Positions 34,055 to 48,499 of a stretch of DNA of 64,000 bases are shown piece after piece (positions within the stretch are counted from its first letter, which is position 1; each line of letters starts with the position of its first letter). The position numbers and the translations under genes are program-made. The notes beneath the pieces were generated by a model that was not told the origin of the DNA, searched no databases, and saw only the letters and a list, made by a program, of their open reading frames with translations. Origin of the DNA: Escherichia coli. Its GTDB lineage: Bacteria > Pseudomonadota > Gammaproteobacteria > Enterobacterales > Enterobacteriaceae. The stretch is from the NCBI RefSeq assembly GCF_003018255.1, contig NZ_CP027440.1; one strand, written 5' to 3'.

Positions 34055-36730
34055 TTAAGCGGATTTTTTCGCTTTTTTCTCAGCTTTAGCCGGAGCGGCT
34101 TCTTTCTTCGCTGCAGTTTCGCCTTCTACATAATCACGACCGTAGTAAGTATCCAGCAGAATCTGTTTCAGCTCGGAGATCAGCGGGTAACGCGGGTTAG
34201 CGCCGGTGCACTGGTCATCGAATGCATCTTCAGACAGTTTATCCACGTTCGCCAGGAAGTCTGCTTCCTGAACGCCAGCTTCACGGATAGATTTCGGAAT
34301 ACCCAGTTCAGCTTTCAGCGTTTCCAGCCATGCCAGCAGTTTCTCGATCTTAGCAGCAGTACGGTCGCCCGGTGCGCTCAGACCCAGGTGGTCAGCAATT
34401 TCAGCATAACGACGGCGAGCCTGCGGACGGTCATACTGGCTGAATGCAGTCTGCTTGGTCGGGTTGTCATTCGCGTTGTAGCGAATAACGTTACAAATCA
34501 GCAGGGCGTTTGCCAGACCGTGCGGAATATGGAACTGGGAACCCAGTTTGTGCGCCATTGAGTGACATACACCCAGGAAGGCGTTCGCAAACGCGATACC
34601 CGCGATAGTTGCTGCACTGTGAACACGTTCACGCGCTACCGGATTTTTAGATCCTTCGTGGTAGGACGCTGGCAGATATTCTTTCAGCAGTTTCAGTGCC
34701 TGCAGTGCCTGACCATCAGAGAACTCAGATGCCAGTACAGAAACATAAGCTTCCATGGCGTGAGTTACTGCGTCCAGACCACCGAAAGCACACAGGGACT
34801 TCGGCATGTCCATAACCAGGTTGGCATCGACAATCGCCATATCCGGGGTCAGCGCATAGTCTGCCAGCGGATATTTCTGACCAGTAGCGTCGTCAGTTAC
34901 AACCGCAAACGGAGTGACTTCAGAACCTGTACCAGAAGTGGTGGTGACAGCGATCATTTTCGCTTTCACGCCCATTTTCGGGAACTTGTAGATACGTTTA
35001 CGGATATCCATAAAGCGCAGCGCCAGTTCTTCGAAGTGAGTTTCTGGATGCTCGTACATCACCCACATGATCTTCGCGGCATCCATCGGGGAACCACCAC
35101 CCAGCGCGATAATCACGTCTGGTTTGAAGGAGTTTGCCAGTTCTGCACCTTTACGAACGATGCTCAGGGTCGGGTCAGCTTCTACTTCGAAGAAGACTTC
35201 AGTTTCAACGCCTGCTGCTTTCAGTACGGAAGTGATCTGATCAGCATAACCATTGTTGAACAGGAAGCGGTCAGTCACGATGAGCGCACGTTTGTGGCCA
35301 TCAGTAATCACTTCATCCAGCGCGATTGGCAGAGAGCCACGGCGGAAGTAGATAGATTTCGGAAGTTTGTGCCACAACATGTTTTCAGCTCGCTTAGCAA
35401 CGGTTTTCTTGTTGATCAGGTGTTTCGGACCAACGTTTTCAGAGATGGAGTTACCACCCCAGGAACCACAACCCAGAGTCAGGGAAGGTGCGAGTTTGAA
35501 GTTATACAGGTCACCGATACCACCCTGAGAAGCCGGGGTGTTAATCAGGATACGAGCCGTTTTCATTTTCTGACCGAAGTAAGAAACGCGAGCCGGTTGG
35601 TTATCCTGGTCAGTGTACAGGCAAGAGGTATGACCGATACCGCCCATAGCTACCAGTTTCTCTGCTTTTTCTACCGCGTCTTCGAAATCTTTAGCGCGAT
35701 ACATTGCCAGAGTTGGGGACAGTTTTTCATGTGCGAACGGTTCGCTTTCATCAACAACGGTCACTTCACCGATCAGAATCTTGGTGTTTTCTGGTACAGA
35801 GAAGCCTGCCAGTTCAGCAATTTTATAGGCTGGCTGACCAACGATAGCCGCGTTCAGCGCACCGTTTTTCAGGATAACATCCTGAACAGCTTTCAGCTCT
35901 TTACCCTGCAACAGATAGCCGCCGTGGGTTGCGAAACGTTCACGTACTGCGTCATAAACAGAGTCAACAACAACAACAGACTGTTCAGACGCACAGATTA
36001 CGCCGTTGTCGAAGGTTTTGGACATCAGCACAGATGCAACTGCACGTTTGATATCAGCAGTTTCATCGATGACAACTGGAGTGTTGCCCGCGCCTACGCC
36101 GATAGCTGGTTTACCGGAGCTGTATGCGGCTTTAACCATGCCCGGACCACCAGTCGCGAGGATCAGGTTGATGTCTGGGTGGTGCATCAGTGCGTTAGAC
36201 AGTTCAACAGAAGGTTGATCGATCCAGCCGATCAGATCTTTCGGAGCACCGGCAGCGATAGCAGCCTGCAGAACGATATCAGCCGCTTTGTTGGTTGCAT
36301 CTTTTGCACGCGGGTGCGGGGAGAAGATAATGGCGTTACGGGTCTTCAGGCTGATCAGCGATTTGAAGATAGCAGTTGAAGTCGGGTTAGTGGTCGGAAC
36401 GATACCGCAAATAATACCGATTGGTTCAGCGATAGTGATGGTACCAAAAGTGTCGTCTTCAGACAGAACACCACAGGTTTTTTCATCTTTATAGGCGTTA
36501 TAGATATATTCAGAAGCAAAGTGGTTTTTGATCACTTTATCTTCGACGATACCCATGCCGGATTCGGCAACGGCCATTTTCGCGAGTGGGATTCGAGCAT
36601 CTGCAGCAGCCAGAGCGGCGGCGCGGAAGATTTTGTCTACTTGCTCTTGAGTGAAACTGGCATATTCACGCTGGGCTTTTTTTACACGCTCTACGAGTGC
36701 GTTAAGTTCAGCGACATTAGTAACAGCCAT
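34055..36730 (-). CDS. adhE: Bifunctional aldehyde/alcohol dehydrogenase
   Basis: ORF track 891 aa [20 protein letters not shown]...; the long + ORF 34562..36379 is its antisense. Confidence 0.96.
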
Positions 36731-37206
36731 AATGCTCTCCTGATAATGTTAAACTTTTTTAGTAAATCATCTGCTCGAATACGAGAGTATAGTCAGTGCG
36801 GTGATGATTTGCTTAACCGATGAAAATCAAAAGCTTACTCGCGCTCACACTCACTGTGATTTACTAAAAGAGTTTAAACATTAGAGTTATTATCTCTAAT
36901 GCGTCACTTCCAGGTGGCGTAAGCAAGATTACTCACTTCTGGGTACTGATTACGTGATCCAAATCAAATTTTTGCAAAGCTGATACCTTTCAGCATCGCT
37001 TTTCGCCATTATAGCTAACAGTTAATAAATTGTAGTATGATTTGTTGGCTACATTAGCATGTTTTGCACAACCAGATAACAATAACGAATGATAGCAATT
37101 TTAAGTAGTTAGGAGGTGAAAAATGCTGTCAAAAGGCGTATTGTCAGCGCGTCTTTTTAACCTTATTTATGGCTAACATTATCCGGCTTTTGCTTCGGAG
37201 CTAACC

Positions 37207-37854
37207 GTGATTCAGACCCTTTTTGATTTTCCCGTTTACTTCAAATTTTTCATCGGGTTATTTGCGCTGGTCAACCCGGTAGGGATTATTCCCGTCTTTA
37301 TCAGCATGACCAGTTATCAGACAGCGGCAGCGCGAAACAAAACGAACCTTACAGCCAACCTGTCTGTGGCCATTATCTTGTGGATCTCGCTTTTTCTCGG
37401 CGACACGATTCTACAACTTTTTGGTATATCAATTGATTCATTCCGTATCGCCGGTGGCATCCTGGTGGTGACGATAGCGATGTCGATGATCAGCGGCAAG
37501 CTTGGCGAGGATAAACAGAACAAGCAAGAAAAATCAGAAACCGCGGTGCGTGAAAGCATTGGTGTGGTGCCATTGGCGTTGCCGTTGATGGCGGGGCCAG
37601 GGGCGATCAGTTCTACCATCGTCTGGGGGACGCGTTATCACAGCATTAGCTATCTGTTTGGTTTCTTTGTGGCTATTGCATTGTTCGCTTTATGTTGCTG
37701 GGGATTGTTCCGCATGGCACCGTGGCTGGTACGGGTTTTACGCCAGACCGGCATCAACGTGATTACGCGTATTATGGGGCTATTGCTGATGGCATTGGGG
37801 ATTGAATTTATCGTTACTGGTATTAAGGGGATTTTCCCCGGCCTGCTTAATTAA
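37207..37854 (+). CDS. ychE: MarC-family inner-membrane protein YchE
   Basis: ORF track 215 aa, GTG start, polytopic hydrophobic; K-12 synteny. Confidence 0.88.
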   Translation: MIQTLFDFPVYFKFFIGLFALVNPVGIIPVFISMTSYQTAAARNKTNLTANLSVAIILWISLFLGDTILQLFGISIDSFRIAGGILVVTIAMSMISGKLGEDKQNKQEKSETAVRESIGVVPLALPLMAGPGAISSTIVWGTRYHSISYLFGFFVAIALFALCCWGLFRMAPWLVRVLRQTGINVITRIMGLLLMALGIEFIVTGIKGIFPGLLN

Positions 37855-38591
37855 TTCCTTTCAAATGAAACGGAGCTGTCATGCTCCGTTTACTTCGTCA
37901 TTATTTTTACTTTGTTCCCGCGCAGTTATCAAAAGCAAAAGGAATGGGTGAAAATATTCTTCTCAAATTACAGTTAGTTATAAGGATTTCCTTAACTGCT
38001 TCTCCTCACCATCATGTTATTTTCGCCACATCATAATCCTGGGCTTGCTGAAGAATAATTGAAATGATATTAGTAATTCCACTGCCTTTGGTAGAGGAAA
38101 GTGCTAAATAATAATCAATTGTTAAATTATTGTGCATTTCACTACTGGAACTGTAATCAGAAAAGAGAGACATGCTTAACCAATCTCTATTTGATTGAAT
38201 TGAAAGATGTTTGTTAAGACATGGATGCAAGCTATAGATTCTGATGCGGTCAATAAAAGAGAATTGCTTAACAATTTTGCAAAATGTATTGGCGAGTAAG
38301 AAGCGCATTTGGTACTTTCCGGGCAACCGCCAGGCGATTCTTTATTGGTAATGAGAATAATTAACAATTAAAGAGCGTCGCGAAAGAATAATGTGTCTCG
38401 ACAGGGGAGACACAGTACGAATCGACATAAGGTGATCGTCTGAATCACCAGAATAAATAAAGTCGGTGATAGCAATCCGTAACGATAAAGTAACCTGACA
38501 GCAGAAAGTCTCCGAGCCTGTGCAGGGTCCCAATCCGGGATTACACATGCTGGTTAATACCAGTAATTATAATGAGGGAGTCCAAAAAACA

Positions 38592-40223
38592 ATGACCAAC
38601 ATCACCAAGAGAAGTTTAGTAGCAGCTGGCGTTCTGGCTGCACTAATGGCAGGGAATGTCGCGCTGGCAGCTGATGTACCCGCAGGCGTCACACTGGCGG
38701 AAAAACAAACGCTGGTACGTAACAATGGTTCAGAAGTTCAGTCATTAGATCCGCATAAAATTGAAGGTGTTCCGGAGTCTAATATCAGCCGAGACCTGTT
38801 TGAAGGCTTACTGGTCAGCGATCTTGACGGTCATCCGGCACCTGGCGTCGCTGAATCCTGGGATAATAAAGACGCGAAAGTCTGGACCTTCCATTTGCGT
38901 AAAGATGCGAAATGGTCTGATGGCACGCCAGTCACAGCACAAGACTTTGTGTATAGCTGGCAACGTTCTGTTGATCCAAACACCGCTTCTCCGTATGCCA
39001 GTTATCTGCAATATGGGCATATCGCCGGTATTGATGAAATTCTTGAAGGGAAAAAACCGATTACCGATCTCGGCGTGAAAGCAATTGATGATCACACATT
39101 AGAAGTCACCTTAAGTGAACCTGTTCCGTACTTCTATAAATTACTTGTTCACCCATCAACTTCACCGGTGCCAAAAGCCGCTATCGAGAAATTCGGCGAA
39201 AAATGGACCCAGCCTGGTAATATCATCACCAACGGTGCCTATACCTTAAAAGATTGGGTCGTAAACGAACGAATCGTTCTTGAACGCAGCCCAACCTACT
39301 GGAACAACGCGAAAACCGTTATTAACCAGGTAACCTATTTGCCTATTGCTTCTGAAGTTACCGATGTCAACCGCTACCGTAGTGGTGAAATCGACATGAC
39401 GTATAACAACATGCCGATCGAATTGTTCCAGAAGCTGAAAAAAGAGATCCCGGACGAAGTTCACGTTGATCCATACCTGTGCACTTATTATTACGAAATT
39501 AACAACCAGAAACCGCCATTCAACGATGTACGTGTGCGTACCGCACTGAAACTGGGTATGGACCGCGATATCATTGTTAATAAAGTGAAAGCGCAGGGCG
39601 ACATGCCCGCCTATGGTTACACTCCACCGTATACTGATGGCGCAAAATTGACTCAGCCGGAATGGTTTGGCTGGAGCCAGGAAAAACGTAACGAAGAAGC
39701 GAAAAAACTGCTGGCTGAAGCGGGTTATACCGCAGACAAACCGTTGACCATCAACCTGTTGTATAACACCTCCGATCTGCATAAAAAGCTGGCGATTGCT
39801 GCCTCTTCATTGTGGAAGAAAAACATTGGTGTAAACGTCAAACTGGTTAACCAGGAGTGGAAAACGTTCCTCGACACCCGTCACCAGGGCACTTTTGATG
39901 TGGCCCGTGCAGGCTGGTGTGCAGACTACAACGAACCAACTTCCTTCCTGAACACCATGCTGTCGAACAGCTCGATGAATACCGCGCATTATAAGAGCCC
40001 GGCCTTTGACAGCATTATGGCGGAAACGCTGAAAGCGACTGACGAGGCGCAGCGCACAGCTCTGTACACTAAAGCAGAACAACAGCTGGATAAGGATTCG
40101 GCCATTGTTCCTGTTTATTACTACGTGAATGCGCGTCTGGTGAAACCGTGGGTTGGTGGCTATACCGGCAAAGATCCGCTGGATAATACCTACACCCGGA
40201 ATATGTACATTGTGAAGCACTAA
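38592..40223 (+). CDS. oppA: Oligopeptide ABC transporter periplasmic binding protein
   Basis: ORF track 38520..40223; start moved to ATG 38592 (MTNITKRSLVAAGVLAALMAGNVALA, 543 aa). Confidence 0.95.
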   Translation: MTNITKRSLVAAGVLAALMAGNVALAADVPAGVTLAEKQTLVRNNGSEVQSLDPHKIEGVPESNISRDLFEGLLVSDLDGHPAPGVAESWDNKDAKVWTFHLRKDAKWSDGTPVTAQDFVYSWQRSVDPNTASPYASYLQYGHIAGIDEILEGKKPITDLGVKAIDDHTLEVTLSEPVPYFYKLLVHPSTSPVPKAAIEKFGEKWTQPGNIITNGAYTLKDWVVNERIVLERSPTYWNNAKTVINQVTYLPIASEVTDVNRYRSGEIDMTYNNMPIELFQKLKKEIPDEVHVDPYLCTYYYEINNQKPPFNDVRVRTALKLGMDRDIIVNKVKAQGDMPAYGYTPPYTDGAKLTQPEWFGWSQEKRNEEAKKLLAEAGYTADKPLTINLLYNTSDLHKKLAIAASSLWKKNIGVNVKLVNQEWKTFLDTRHQGTFDVARAGWCADYNEPTSFLNTMLSNSSMNTAHYKSPAFDSIMAETLKATDEAQRTALYTKAEQQLDKDSAIVPVYYYVNARLVKPWVGGYTGKDPLDNTYTRNMYIVKH

Positions 40224-40308
40224 TGGCAATACGTGGGGCAGGCGTGTACTGCTCCACGGTGTCTGATTTTTATCGCATTACAGAAGGCACAGGCCAGAAG
40301 GTAGGGCA

Positions 40309-41229
40309 ATGTTAAAATTTATTCTACGTCGCTGTCTGGAAGCGATTCCGACGCTATTTATTCTTATTACTATTTCGTTCTTCATGATGCGCCTCGCGCC
40401 GGGAAGCCCTTTTACCGGCGAACGTACTTTACCGCCAGAAGTGATGGCCAATATCGAAGCGAAATATCATCTTAATGATCCGATCATGACACAGTATTTC
40501 AGCTACCTGAAACAACTGGCGCATGGCGATTTCGGTCCATCGTTTAAATATAAAGATTATTCGGTCAACGACCTGGTTGCATCCAGTTTTCCCGTTTCTG
40601 CCAAACTGGGAGCCGCAGCATTTTTCCTTGCGGTAATACTGGGTGTTAGTGCTGGCGTTATTGCCGCATTAAAACAAAACACCAAATGGGACTATACCGT
40701 GATGGGGCTGGCAATGACCGGGGTTGTTATCCCCAGTTTTGTGGTTGCGCCATTATTAGTCATGATATTTGCGATCATTTTGCATTGGCTGCCGGGCGGT
40801 GGCTGGAATGGTGGTGCGCTTAAATTCATGATACTGCCAATGGTGGCGTTGTCACTCGCCTATATCGCCAGTATTGCGCGTATTACCCGTGGCTCTATGA
40901 TTGAAGTATTACACTCCAACTTTATTCGTACTGCCCGGGCGAAAGGGTTACCTATGCGGCGGATCATTTTACGCCACGCATTAAAACCTGCTCTGTTACC
41001 CGTGCTCTCCTATATGGGCCCCGCATTTGTCGGCATTATTACCGGTTCTATGGTCATCGAAACCATTTATGGTTTGCCGGGGATTGGGCAACTGTTCGTT
41101 AATGGCGCATTGAACCGTGACTATTCCTTAGTGTTAAGCCTGACTATCCTGGTTGGTGCGTTAACCATTTTGTTTAATGCCATTGTCGATGTGCTATATG
41201 CGGTTATCGACCCGAAAATCCGTTACTGA
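40309..41229 (+). CDS. oppB: Oligopeptide ABC transporter permease
   Basis: ORF track 306 aa, membrane protein; operon order. Confidence 0.94.
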   Translation: MLKFILRRCLEAIPTLFILITISFFMMRLAPGSPFTGERTLPPEVMANIEAKYHLNDPIMTQYFSYLKQLAHGDFGPSFKYKDYSVNDLVASSFPVSAKLGAAAFFLAVILGVSAGVIAALKQNTKWDYTVMGLAMTGVVIPSFVVAPLLVMIFAIILHWLPGGGWNGGALKFMILPMVALSLAYIASIARITRGSMIEVLHSNFIRTARAKGLPMRRIILRHALKPALLPVLSYMGPAFVGIITGSMVIETIYGLPGIGQLFVNGALNRDYSLVLSLTILVGALTILFNAIVDVLYAVIDPKIRY

Positions 41230-41243
41230 TACTGGAGCTCGCG

Positions 41244-42152
41244 ATGATGTTAAGTAAGAAAAACAGCGAGACGCTGGAAAATTTCAGTGAAAAGCTGGAG
41301 GTCGAAGGGCGCAGCTTGTGGCAGGACGCACGTCGACGTTTTATGCATAACCGTGCGGCGGTTGCCAGTCTGATAGTGCTGGTGCTAATCGCGTTATTTG
41401 TAATCCTGGCACCGATGCTTTCGCAGTTTGCCTATGACGATACTGACTGGGCGATGATGTCCAGCGCCCCGGATATGGAGTCCGGTCACTACTTTGGTAC
41501 TGACTCATCCGGTCGCGACTTGCTTGTGCGTGTTGCGATTGGCGGGCGTATCTCACTCATGGTCGGTGTTGCTGCGGCACTGGTGGCAGTGGTCGTGGGG
41601 ACACTTTATGGTTCGCTTTCCGGTTATCTGGGCGGTAAAGTGGATTCGGTAATGATGCGTCTGCTGGAAATCCTCAACTCCTTCCCATTCATGTTCTTCG
41701 TCATTTTGCTGGTGACCTTTTTCGGTCAAAACATCCTGCTGATTTTCGTGGCGATTGGCATGGTTTCCTGGCTGGATATGGCTCGTATTGTGCGTGGGCA
41801 AACCCTGAGTCTGAAGCGCAAAGAGTTTATTGAGGCGGCACAAGTTGGCGGTGTATCGACGTCGGGCATTGTTATTCGCCACATTGTGCCGAATGTACTC
41901 GGTGTGGTGGTGGTCTACGCATCACTTCTGGTGCCCAGCATGATCCTCTTTGAATCTTTCCTTAGCTTCCTGGGGTTGGGGACGCAAGAGCCGTTAAGCA
42001 GCTGGGGCGCATTGCTGAGTGATGGCGCGAACTCGATGGAAGTCTCTCCATGGTTACTGTTGTTCCCAGCGGGATTCCTCGTGGTGACGCTATTTTGTTT
42101 CAACTTTATAGGCGATGGCTTGCGTGATGCCCTCGACCCGAAAGATCGTTAA
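41244..42152 (+). CDS. oppC: Oligopeptide ABC transporter permease
   Basis: ORF track 302 aa, membrane protein; operon order. Confidence 0.94.
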   Translation: MMLSKKNSETLENFSEKLEVEGRSLWQDARRRFMHNRAAVASLIVLVLIALFVILAPMLSQFAYDDTDWAMMSSAPDMESGHYFGTDSSGRDLLVRVAIGGRISLMVGVAAALVAVVVGTLYGSLSGYLGGKVDSVMMRLLEILNSFPFMFFVILLVTFFGQNILLIFVAIGMVSWLDMARIVRGQTLSLKRKEFIEAAQVGGVSTSGIVIRHIVPNVLGVVVVYASLLVPSMILFESFLSFLGLGTQEPLSSWGALLSDGANSMEVSPWLLLFPAGFLVVTLFCFNFIGDGLRDALDPKDR

Positions 42153-42163
42153 GGAGTGCAGCC

Positions 42164-43177
42164 ATGAGCGTAATTGAAACTGCAACTGTGCCGCTCGCAC
42201 AACAACAGGCTGACGCACTGCTGAACGTGAAAGATTTGCGTGTCACCTTTAGTACCCCGGACGGCGACGTCACGGCGGTCAATGATTTGAATTTTTCCCT
42301 ACGTGCCGGAGAAACGCTGGGCATTGTAGGTGAGTCTGGTTCGGGTAAATCGCAAACTGCATTTGCGTTGATGGGCCTGCTGGCTGCCAACGGACGTATT
42401 GGCGGATCGGCAACCTTCAATGGGCGTGAAATCCTCAATTTGCCAGAGCGTGAACTCAATAGACTGCGCGCTGAACAAATCTCAATGATTTTTCAGGACC
42501 CAATGACTTCGTTGAATCCCTATATGCGCGTCGGTGAGCAGTTGATGGAAGTGCTGATGCTGCATAAGAACATGAGCAAAGCTGAGGCGTTTGAAGAGTC
42601 GGTGCGGATGCTCGATGCGGTAAAAATGCCGGAAGCGCGTAAACGCATGAAAATGTACCCGCACGAATTTTCTGGTGGCATGCGTCAGCGAGTTATGATT
42701 GCGATGGCATTGCTATGTCGACCTAAGCTGCTGATTGCGGATGAACCCACTACTGCGCTGGACGTCACCGTACAGGCGCAGATCATGACGCTATTGAATG
42801 AACTGAAGCGGGAATTTAATACCGCCATCATTATGATTACCCACGATCTTGGCGTGGTGGCGGGGATCTGCGACAAAGTGCTGGTAATGTACGCCGGGCG
42901 CACGATGGAATATGGCAACGCGCGCGATGTCTTTTATCAACCCGTTCATCCTTATTCTATCGGTTTGCTCAACGCGGTGCCGCGTCTCGATGCGGAAGGT
43001 GAAACAATGTTGACCATCCCTGGTAATCCGCCAAACCTGCTGCGATTACCGAAAGGTTGCCCGTTCCAGCCACGTTGTCCGCATGCGATGGAAATTTGTA
43101 GTAGCGCACCGCCGCTGGAAGAGTTTACGCCTGGCCGTCTGCGTGCTTGCTTTAAACCGGTGGAGGAACTGTTATGA
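42164..43177 (+). CDS. oppD: Oligopeptide ABC transporter ATP-binding protein
   Basis: ORF track 337 aa; Walker A GESGSGKS and ABC signature FSGGMRQR. Confidence 0.95.
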   Translation: MSVIETATVPLAQQQADALLNVKDLRVTFSTPDGDVTAVNDLNFSLRAGETLGIVGESGSGKSQTAFALMGLLAANGRIGGSATFNGREILNLPERELNRLRAEQISMIFQDPMTSLNPYMRVGEQLMEVLMLHKNMSKAEAFEESVRMLDAVKMPEARKRMKMYPHEFSGGMRQRVMIAMALLCRPKLLIADEPTTALDVTVQAQIMTLLNELKREFNTAIIMITHDLGVVAGICDKVLVMYAGRTMEYGNARDVFYQPVHPYSIGLLNAVPRLDAEGETMLTIPGNPPNLLRLPKGCPFQPRCPHAMEICSSAPPLEEFTPGRLRACFKPVEELL

Positions 43178-44178
43178 ATGCTGTAACCGAAGGAAGAAAA
43201 GTCCTCCTCGAAATCGCCGATCTGAAAGTGCACTTTGAAATCAAAGATGGCAAACAGTGGTTCTGGCAACCTCCGAAAACGCTCAAAGCCGTAGATGGTG
43301 TCACTCTTCGCCTGTATGAAGGGGAAACATTAGGTGTGGTAGGGGAATCGGGATGCGGTAAGTCCACCTTTGCTCGCGCCATCATCGGTTTGGTCAAGGC
43401 GACCGACGGTCATGTTGCCTGGTTAGGTAAAGAGTTGCTGGGCATGAAGCCCGATGAATGGCGTGCCGTTCGCAGTGATATTCAGATGATTTTCCAGGAT
43501 CCGTTGGCATCGCTTAACCCGCGTATGACCATCGGCGAGATCATCGCTGAACCACTGCGTACTTATCATCCGAAAATGTCACGCCAGGAAGTTCGCGAGC
43601 GCGTGAAGGCGATGATGCTGAAAGTCGGTTTGTTGCCTAATCTGATTAACCGCTATCCGCATGAGTTCTCCGGTGGGCAGTGCCAGCGTATCGGGATTGC
43701 TCGTGCTCTTATTCTTGAACCGAAGCTGATTATCTGTGATGAGCCGGTGTCGGCGCTGGACGTGTCAATTCAGGCGCAGGTGGTCAACCTGCTCCAGCAG
43801 TTGCAACGTGAGATGGGATTGTCGTTAATTTTTATCGCTCACGACCTGGCCGTGGTAAAACACATTTCCGATCGTGTGCTGGTGATGTATCTCGGCCATG
43901 CGGTAGAACTGGGGACCTATGATGAGGTCTACCACAATCCGCTACATCCTTACACCAGGGCATTGATGTCGGCAGTCCCCATACCTGATCCGGATCTGGA
44001 GAAGAACAAAACCATCCAGTTACTGGAAGGGGAATTACCGTCGCCGATCAACCCGCCTTCCGGTTGTGTTTTCCGTACCCGTTGTCCGATTGCCGGTCCG
44101 GAGTGCGCCAAAACACGTCCTGTGCTGGAAGGGAGTTTCAGACACGCCGTTTCTTGCCTGAAAGTCGATCCGCTTTAA
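43174..44178 (+). CDS. oppF: Oligopeptide ABC transporter ATP-binding protein
   Basis: ORF track 334 aa; Walker A GESGCGKS and signature FSGGQCQR; ATGA overlap with oppD. Confidence 0.95.
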   Translation: MNAVTEGRKVLLEIADLKVHFEIKDGKQWFWQPPKTLKAVDGVTLRLYEGETLGVVGESGCGKSTFARAIIGLVKATDGHVAWLGKELLGMKPDEWRAVRSDIQMIFQDPLASLNPRMTIGEIIAEPLRTYHPKMSRQEVRERVKAMMLKVGLLPNLINRYPHEFSGGQCQRIGIARALILEPKLIICDEPVSALDVSIQAQVVNLLQQLQREMGLSLIFIAHDLAVVKHISDRVLVMYLGHAVELGTYDEVYHNPLHPYTRALMSAVPIPDPDLEKNKTIQLLEGELPSPINPPSGCVFRTRCPIAGPECAKTRPVLEGSFRHAVSCLKVDPL

Positions 44179-44230
44179 AAGCAATAAGGGCTGACAGTTG
44201 TCAGCCCTTATTCACGCCAAAAGCGATTAT

Positions 44231-46055
<1,825 letters not shown>

Positions 46056-46197
46056 AGATTAGAAATCCTTTTGAAAGCGCATTGTTATGAGTTTACGCAT
46101 ATGGATTCATCTGGCAAATAAAAACGCGGGAAAAGCACTGGTCAGCGTCGGGGGCGGGGGTATAATGACCATTCTGTTATTGCATAGAGTAGTTAAC

Positions 46198-46371
46198 ATG
46201 AAGCGGAGTAGAACGGAAGTGGGGCGCTGGCGCATGCAGCGTCAGGCTAGCCGACGTAAATCGCGTTGGCTTGAGGGGCAGTCGCGCCGAAATATGCGTA
46301 TCCACAGCATCAGGAAGTGCATTCTAAACAAACAGCGTAACTCGTTATTGTTTGCGATCTACAATATCTAA
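46198..46371 (+). CDS. yciY: Small basic protein YciY (57 aa)
   Basis: Internal ATG of ORF 46087..46371; MKRSRTEVGRWRMQRQASRRKSRW... matches my memory of K-12 YciY between cls and kch. Confidence 0.6.
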   Translation: MKRSRTEVGRWRMQRQASRRKSRWLEGQSRRNMRIHSIRKCILNKQRNSLLFAIYNI

Positions 46372-46425
46372 ATGTACTGGGCACCATTGCGGTGCCCAAT
46401 AAGTTTACTCTTCCCTCTTTAAACT

Positions 46426-47679
46426 CTATTTTTGCGCCGATTCTTTACTGTCAGCTTTCGTTTCTTGTTCATCGTTATCGCTGAAAATGCCATGACCGGA
46501 GTTCAACAACATTGAAACGAGCATATCATTATTAATCTCTTCACCATTTAAAACTCGCGCCAGAATTTCGCTGCCAAACAGTTGCGGCGAGAGAATGATA
46601 TCCGGATGTACCATCTTAATCTTATTCAGGTTTTTGCTATCACTGACGGCGAGAACTGTTTTGACATCACTGCTCATATCTTTTGCCGAGAGTACAACAA
46701 ACGCGTTATCTGCATCGTTATCACTCAGCGCCAGAATGGCCCGGCATCGATCAATTCCTGCTTTCTTTAATACTGAACTGTCATTACTGTCACCGGGGAT
46801 AACATCAGCGTTATCGCCTAAGCGTTGCTCAAGTTGCTTGATATCATCTTCAGGCAAGTTGCTGATAACCGTTACGTTTTGTCCGCGTTGATTCAGTTGC
46901 AGGATCGTATTGATGGCGAGAATCGAATGTCCGCAAACAATAAAATGATCTTTACGATGCATTGTATGATTGTTTCCTTTTACAAGTTTGTTGAATCCCC
47001 CGCGGATAAGCGGACCAAAAATTGAGGTCATAGATGTGGCAAAAACGGTAATGCCGGAAATAATGACCGAAATAGTGAACAATCGTGCTGATTCAGAAAC
47101 AGGGACAATATCGCCATAGCCGACGGTTGACATGGTTTCTATCGAAAAATAGAACGCGGTCATCAAACTTTCTATTCGCGGATTAAAACCTTCGCTTAAA
47201 TAAAGCGCACCGTAGGTGGAGTAAAACAGTAACGTCGTGAAACTAATAAATGCGAAAATTGTCCCGGCTGCGGCGCTACTGTGGGAGAAGTCTTTGCGCA
47301 GTATCAGCAAAAACACCAGCGTAAAAATGCAAAATCCAATACTAAATTTCAGCCAGGGATAAAAATGCAGGGTGTAAATTAGCGCTATCAACAACAAAAT
47401 GATACTGATTGCCCATGCGAGCTTTGCCCGGAACAGTAAGCCAATGGAGTTCAGGACAAGAAAGACGCCGAGCATAAAGAGTGGGGCGTTTGCCAGCAAG
47501 GAGAGATCCAACTCTGAAAATGCTTTGATATGGAAAATATCTAGCAAATTGACCGACATACCATAGATTGTTTTAAAAATAAGCAATCCATTTAAAAAGA
47601 CGGCCAGCGCGAGAATGTCGTGCCGTAGGGTCACCCATAAATTAGTTGCTGTTTGTTTGAATGTAGCCCAGTGACTCAC
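46426..47679 (-). CDS. kch: Voltage-gated K+ channel Kch
   Basis: ORF track 46426..47697; start moved to GTG (MSHWATF..., 417 aa); selectivity filter TVGYGD present. Confidence 0.92.
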   Translation of the reverse strand: MSHWATFKQTATNLWVTLRHDILALAVFLNGLLIFKTIYGMSVNLLDIFHIKAFSELDLSLLANAPLFMLGVFLVLNSIGLLFRAKLAWAISIILLLIALIYTLHFYPWLKFSIGFCIFTLVFLLILRKDFSHSSAAAGTIFAFISFTTLLFYSTYGALYLSEGFNPRIESLMTAFYFSIETMSTVGYGDIVPVSESARLFTISVIISGITVFATSMTSIFGPLIRGGFNKLVKGNNHTMHRKDHFIVCGHSILAINTILQLNQRGQNVTVISNLPEDDIKQLEQRLGDNADVIPGDSNDSSVLKKAGIDRCRAILALSDNDADNAFVVLSAKDMSSDVKTVLAVSDSKNLNKIKMVHPDIILSPQLFGSEILARVLNGEEINNDMLVSMLLNSGHGIFSDNDEQETKADSKESAQK

Positions 47680-47979
47680 TGATACCTCTGTAACCACAAT
47701 TTTGTTTAATTATCTTAGCGTGCACATTTTCTGAACATACATGCAGCGCGTGAATGTGTTAAACAATAGTAGATGACTTTATCCGCAGTAATCAAAGGTT
47801 TTGAGTGAGCAACTCTGCGTCAGGAAAGGGCATTTTTCCTGAATATGCTCACATCATATAAAGAAATACAGATAAAGTTATTATCTGCTTGTGGTGGTAA
47901 ATGCAATGACTGACCTATAAGGAAAGGCCAAACAAGAACACGGTTGCTAAAACCGTGCCCTTAAATATTGAATTTCTAT

Positions 47980-48276
47980 TCAGAACACTTTCTTAAATGG
48001 TTTCACTGAAACGTGTTCATAGACTCCTGCCGCTACGTACGGGTCAGCATCGGCCCAGGCCTGAGCTGCTTCCAGCGATTCAAATTCAGCAATAACGGTT
48101 GAGCCAGTAAATCCCGCAGCCCCTGGATCGTTACTGTCTACTGCTGGCATTGGACCGGCGGTCAACAATCGACCTTCATCATGCAGTAACTGTAAACGTG
48201 CTAAATGTGCCGGACGAACGGAAAGGCGTTTTTCGAGGCTATCAGCTTTGTCTTGAGCGTAAATAACATACAACAC
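47980..48276 (-). CDS. yciI: YciI-like protein
   Basis: ORF track 47980..48339; start moved to GTG ([10 protein letters not shown]..., 98 aa). Confidence 0.85.
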
Positions 48277-48499
48277 GGGCACAACTCCTTGTTCGGGAAA
48301 GTTGTAAAGTACGTTATTTGAAAGGGCGAAGATCTGCAACGGAAAGATGATGTCTTTGTTAAGACCATTTAAAAAGTAAGGTCAATTACGCCAAAAATGA
48401 CATTTTCACTGATCCTGATCGTCTTGCCTTATTGAATATGATTGCTATTTGCATTTAAAATCGAGGCCTGGTTTTTCTACTGAAATGATTATGACTTCA

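Noticed and set aside
34562-36379. 605-aa + strand ORF inside adhE
   Set aside because: Antisense to adhE, which is recognisable along its full length; no Shine-Dalgarno sequence; composition typical of antisense frames.
37855-38591. 104-aa and 63-aa minus ORFs in the ychE-oppA intergenic region
   Set aside because: AT-rich, no Shine-Dalgarno sequence, low-complexity translations; the 737-bp spacing matches the long oppA leader/promoter region of K-12 as I recall it, so most likely non-coding regulatory DNA.
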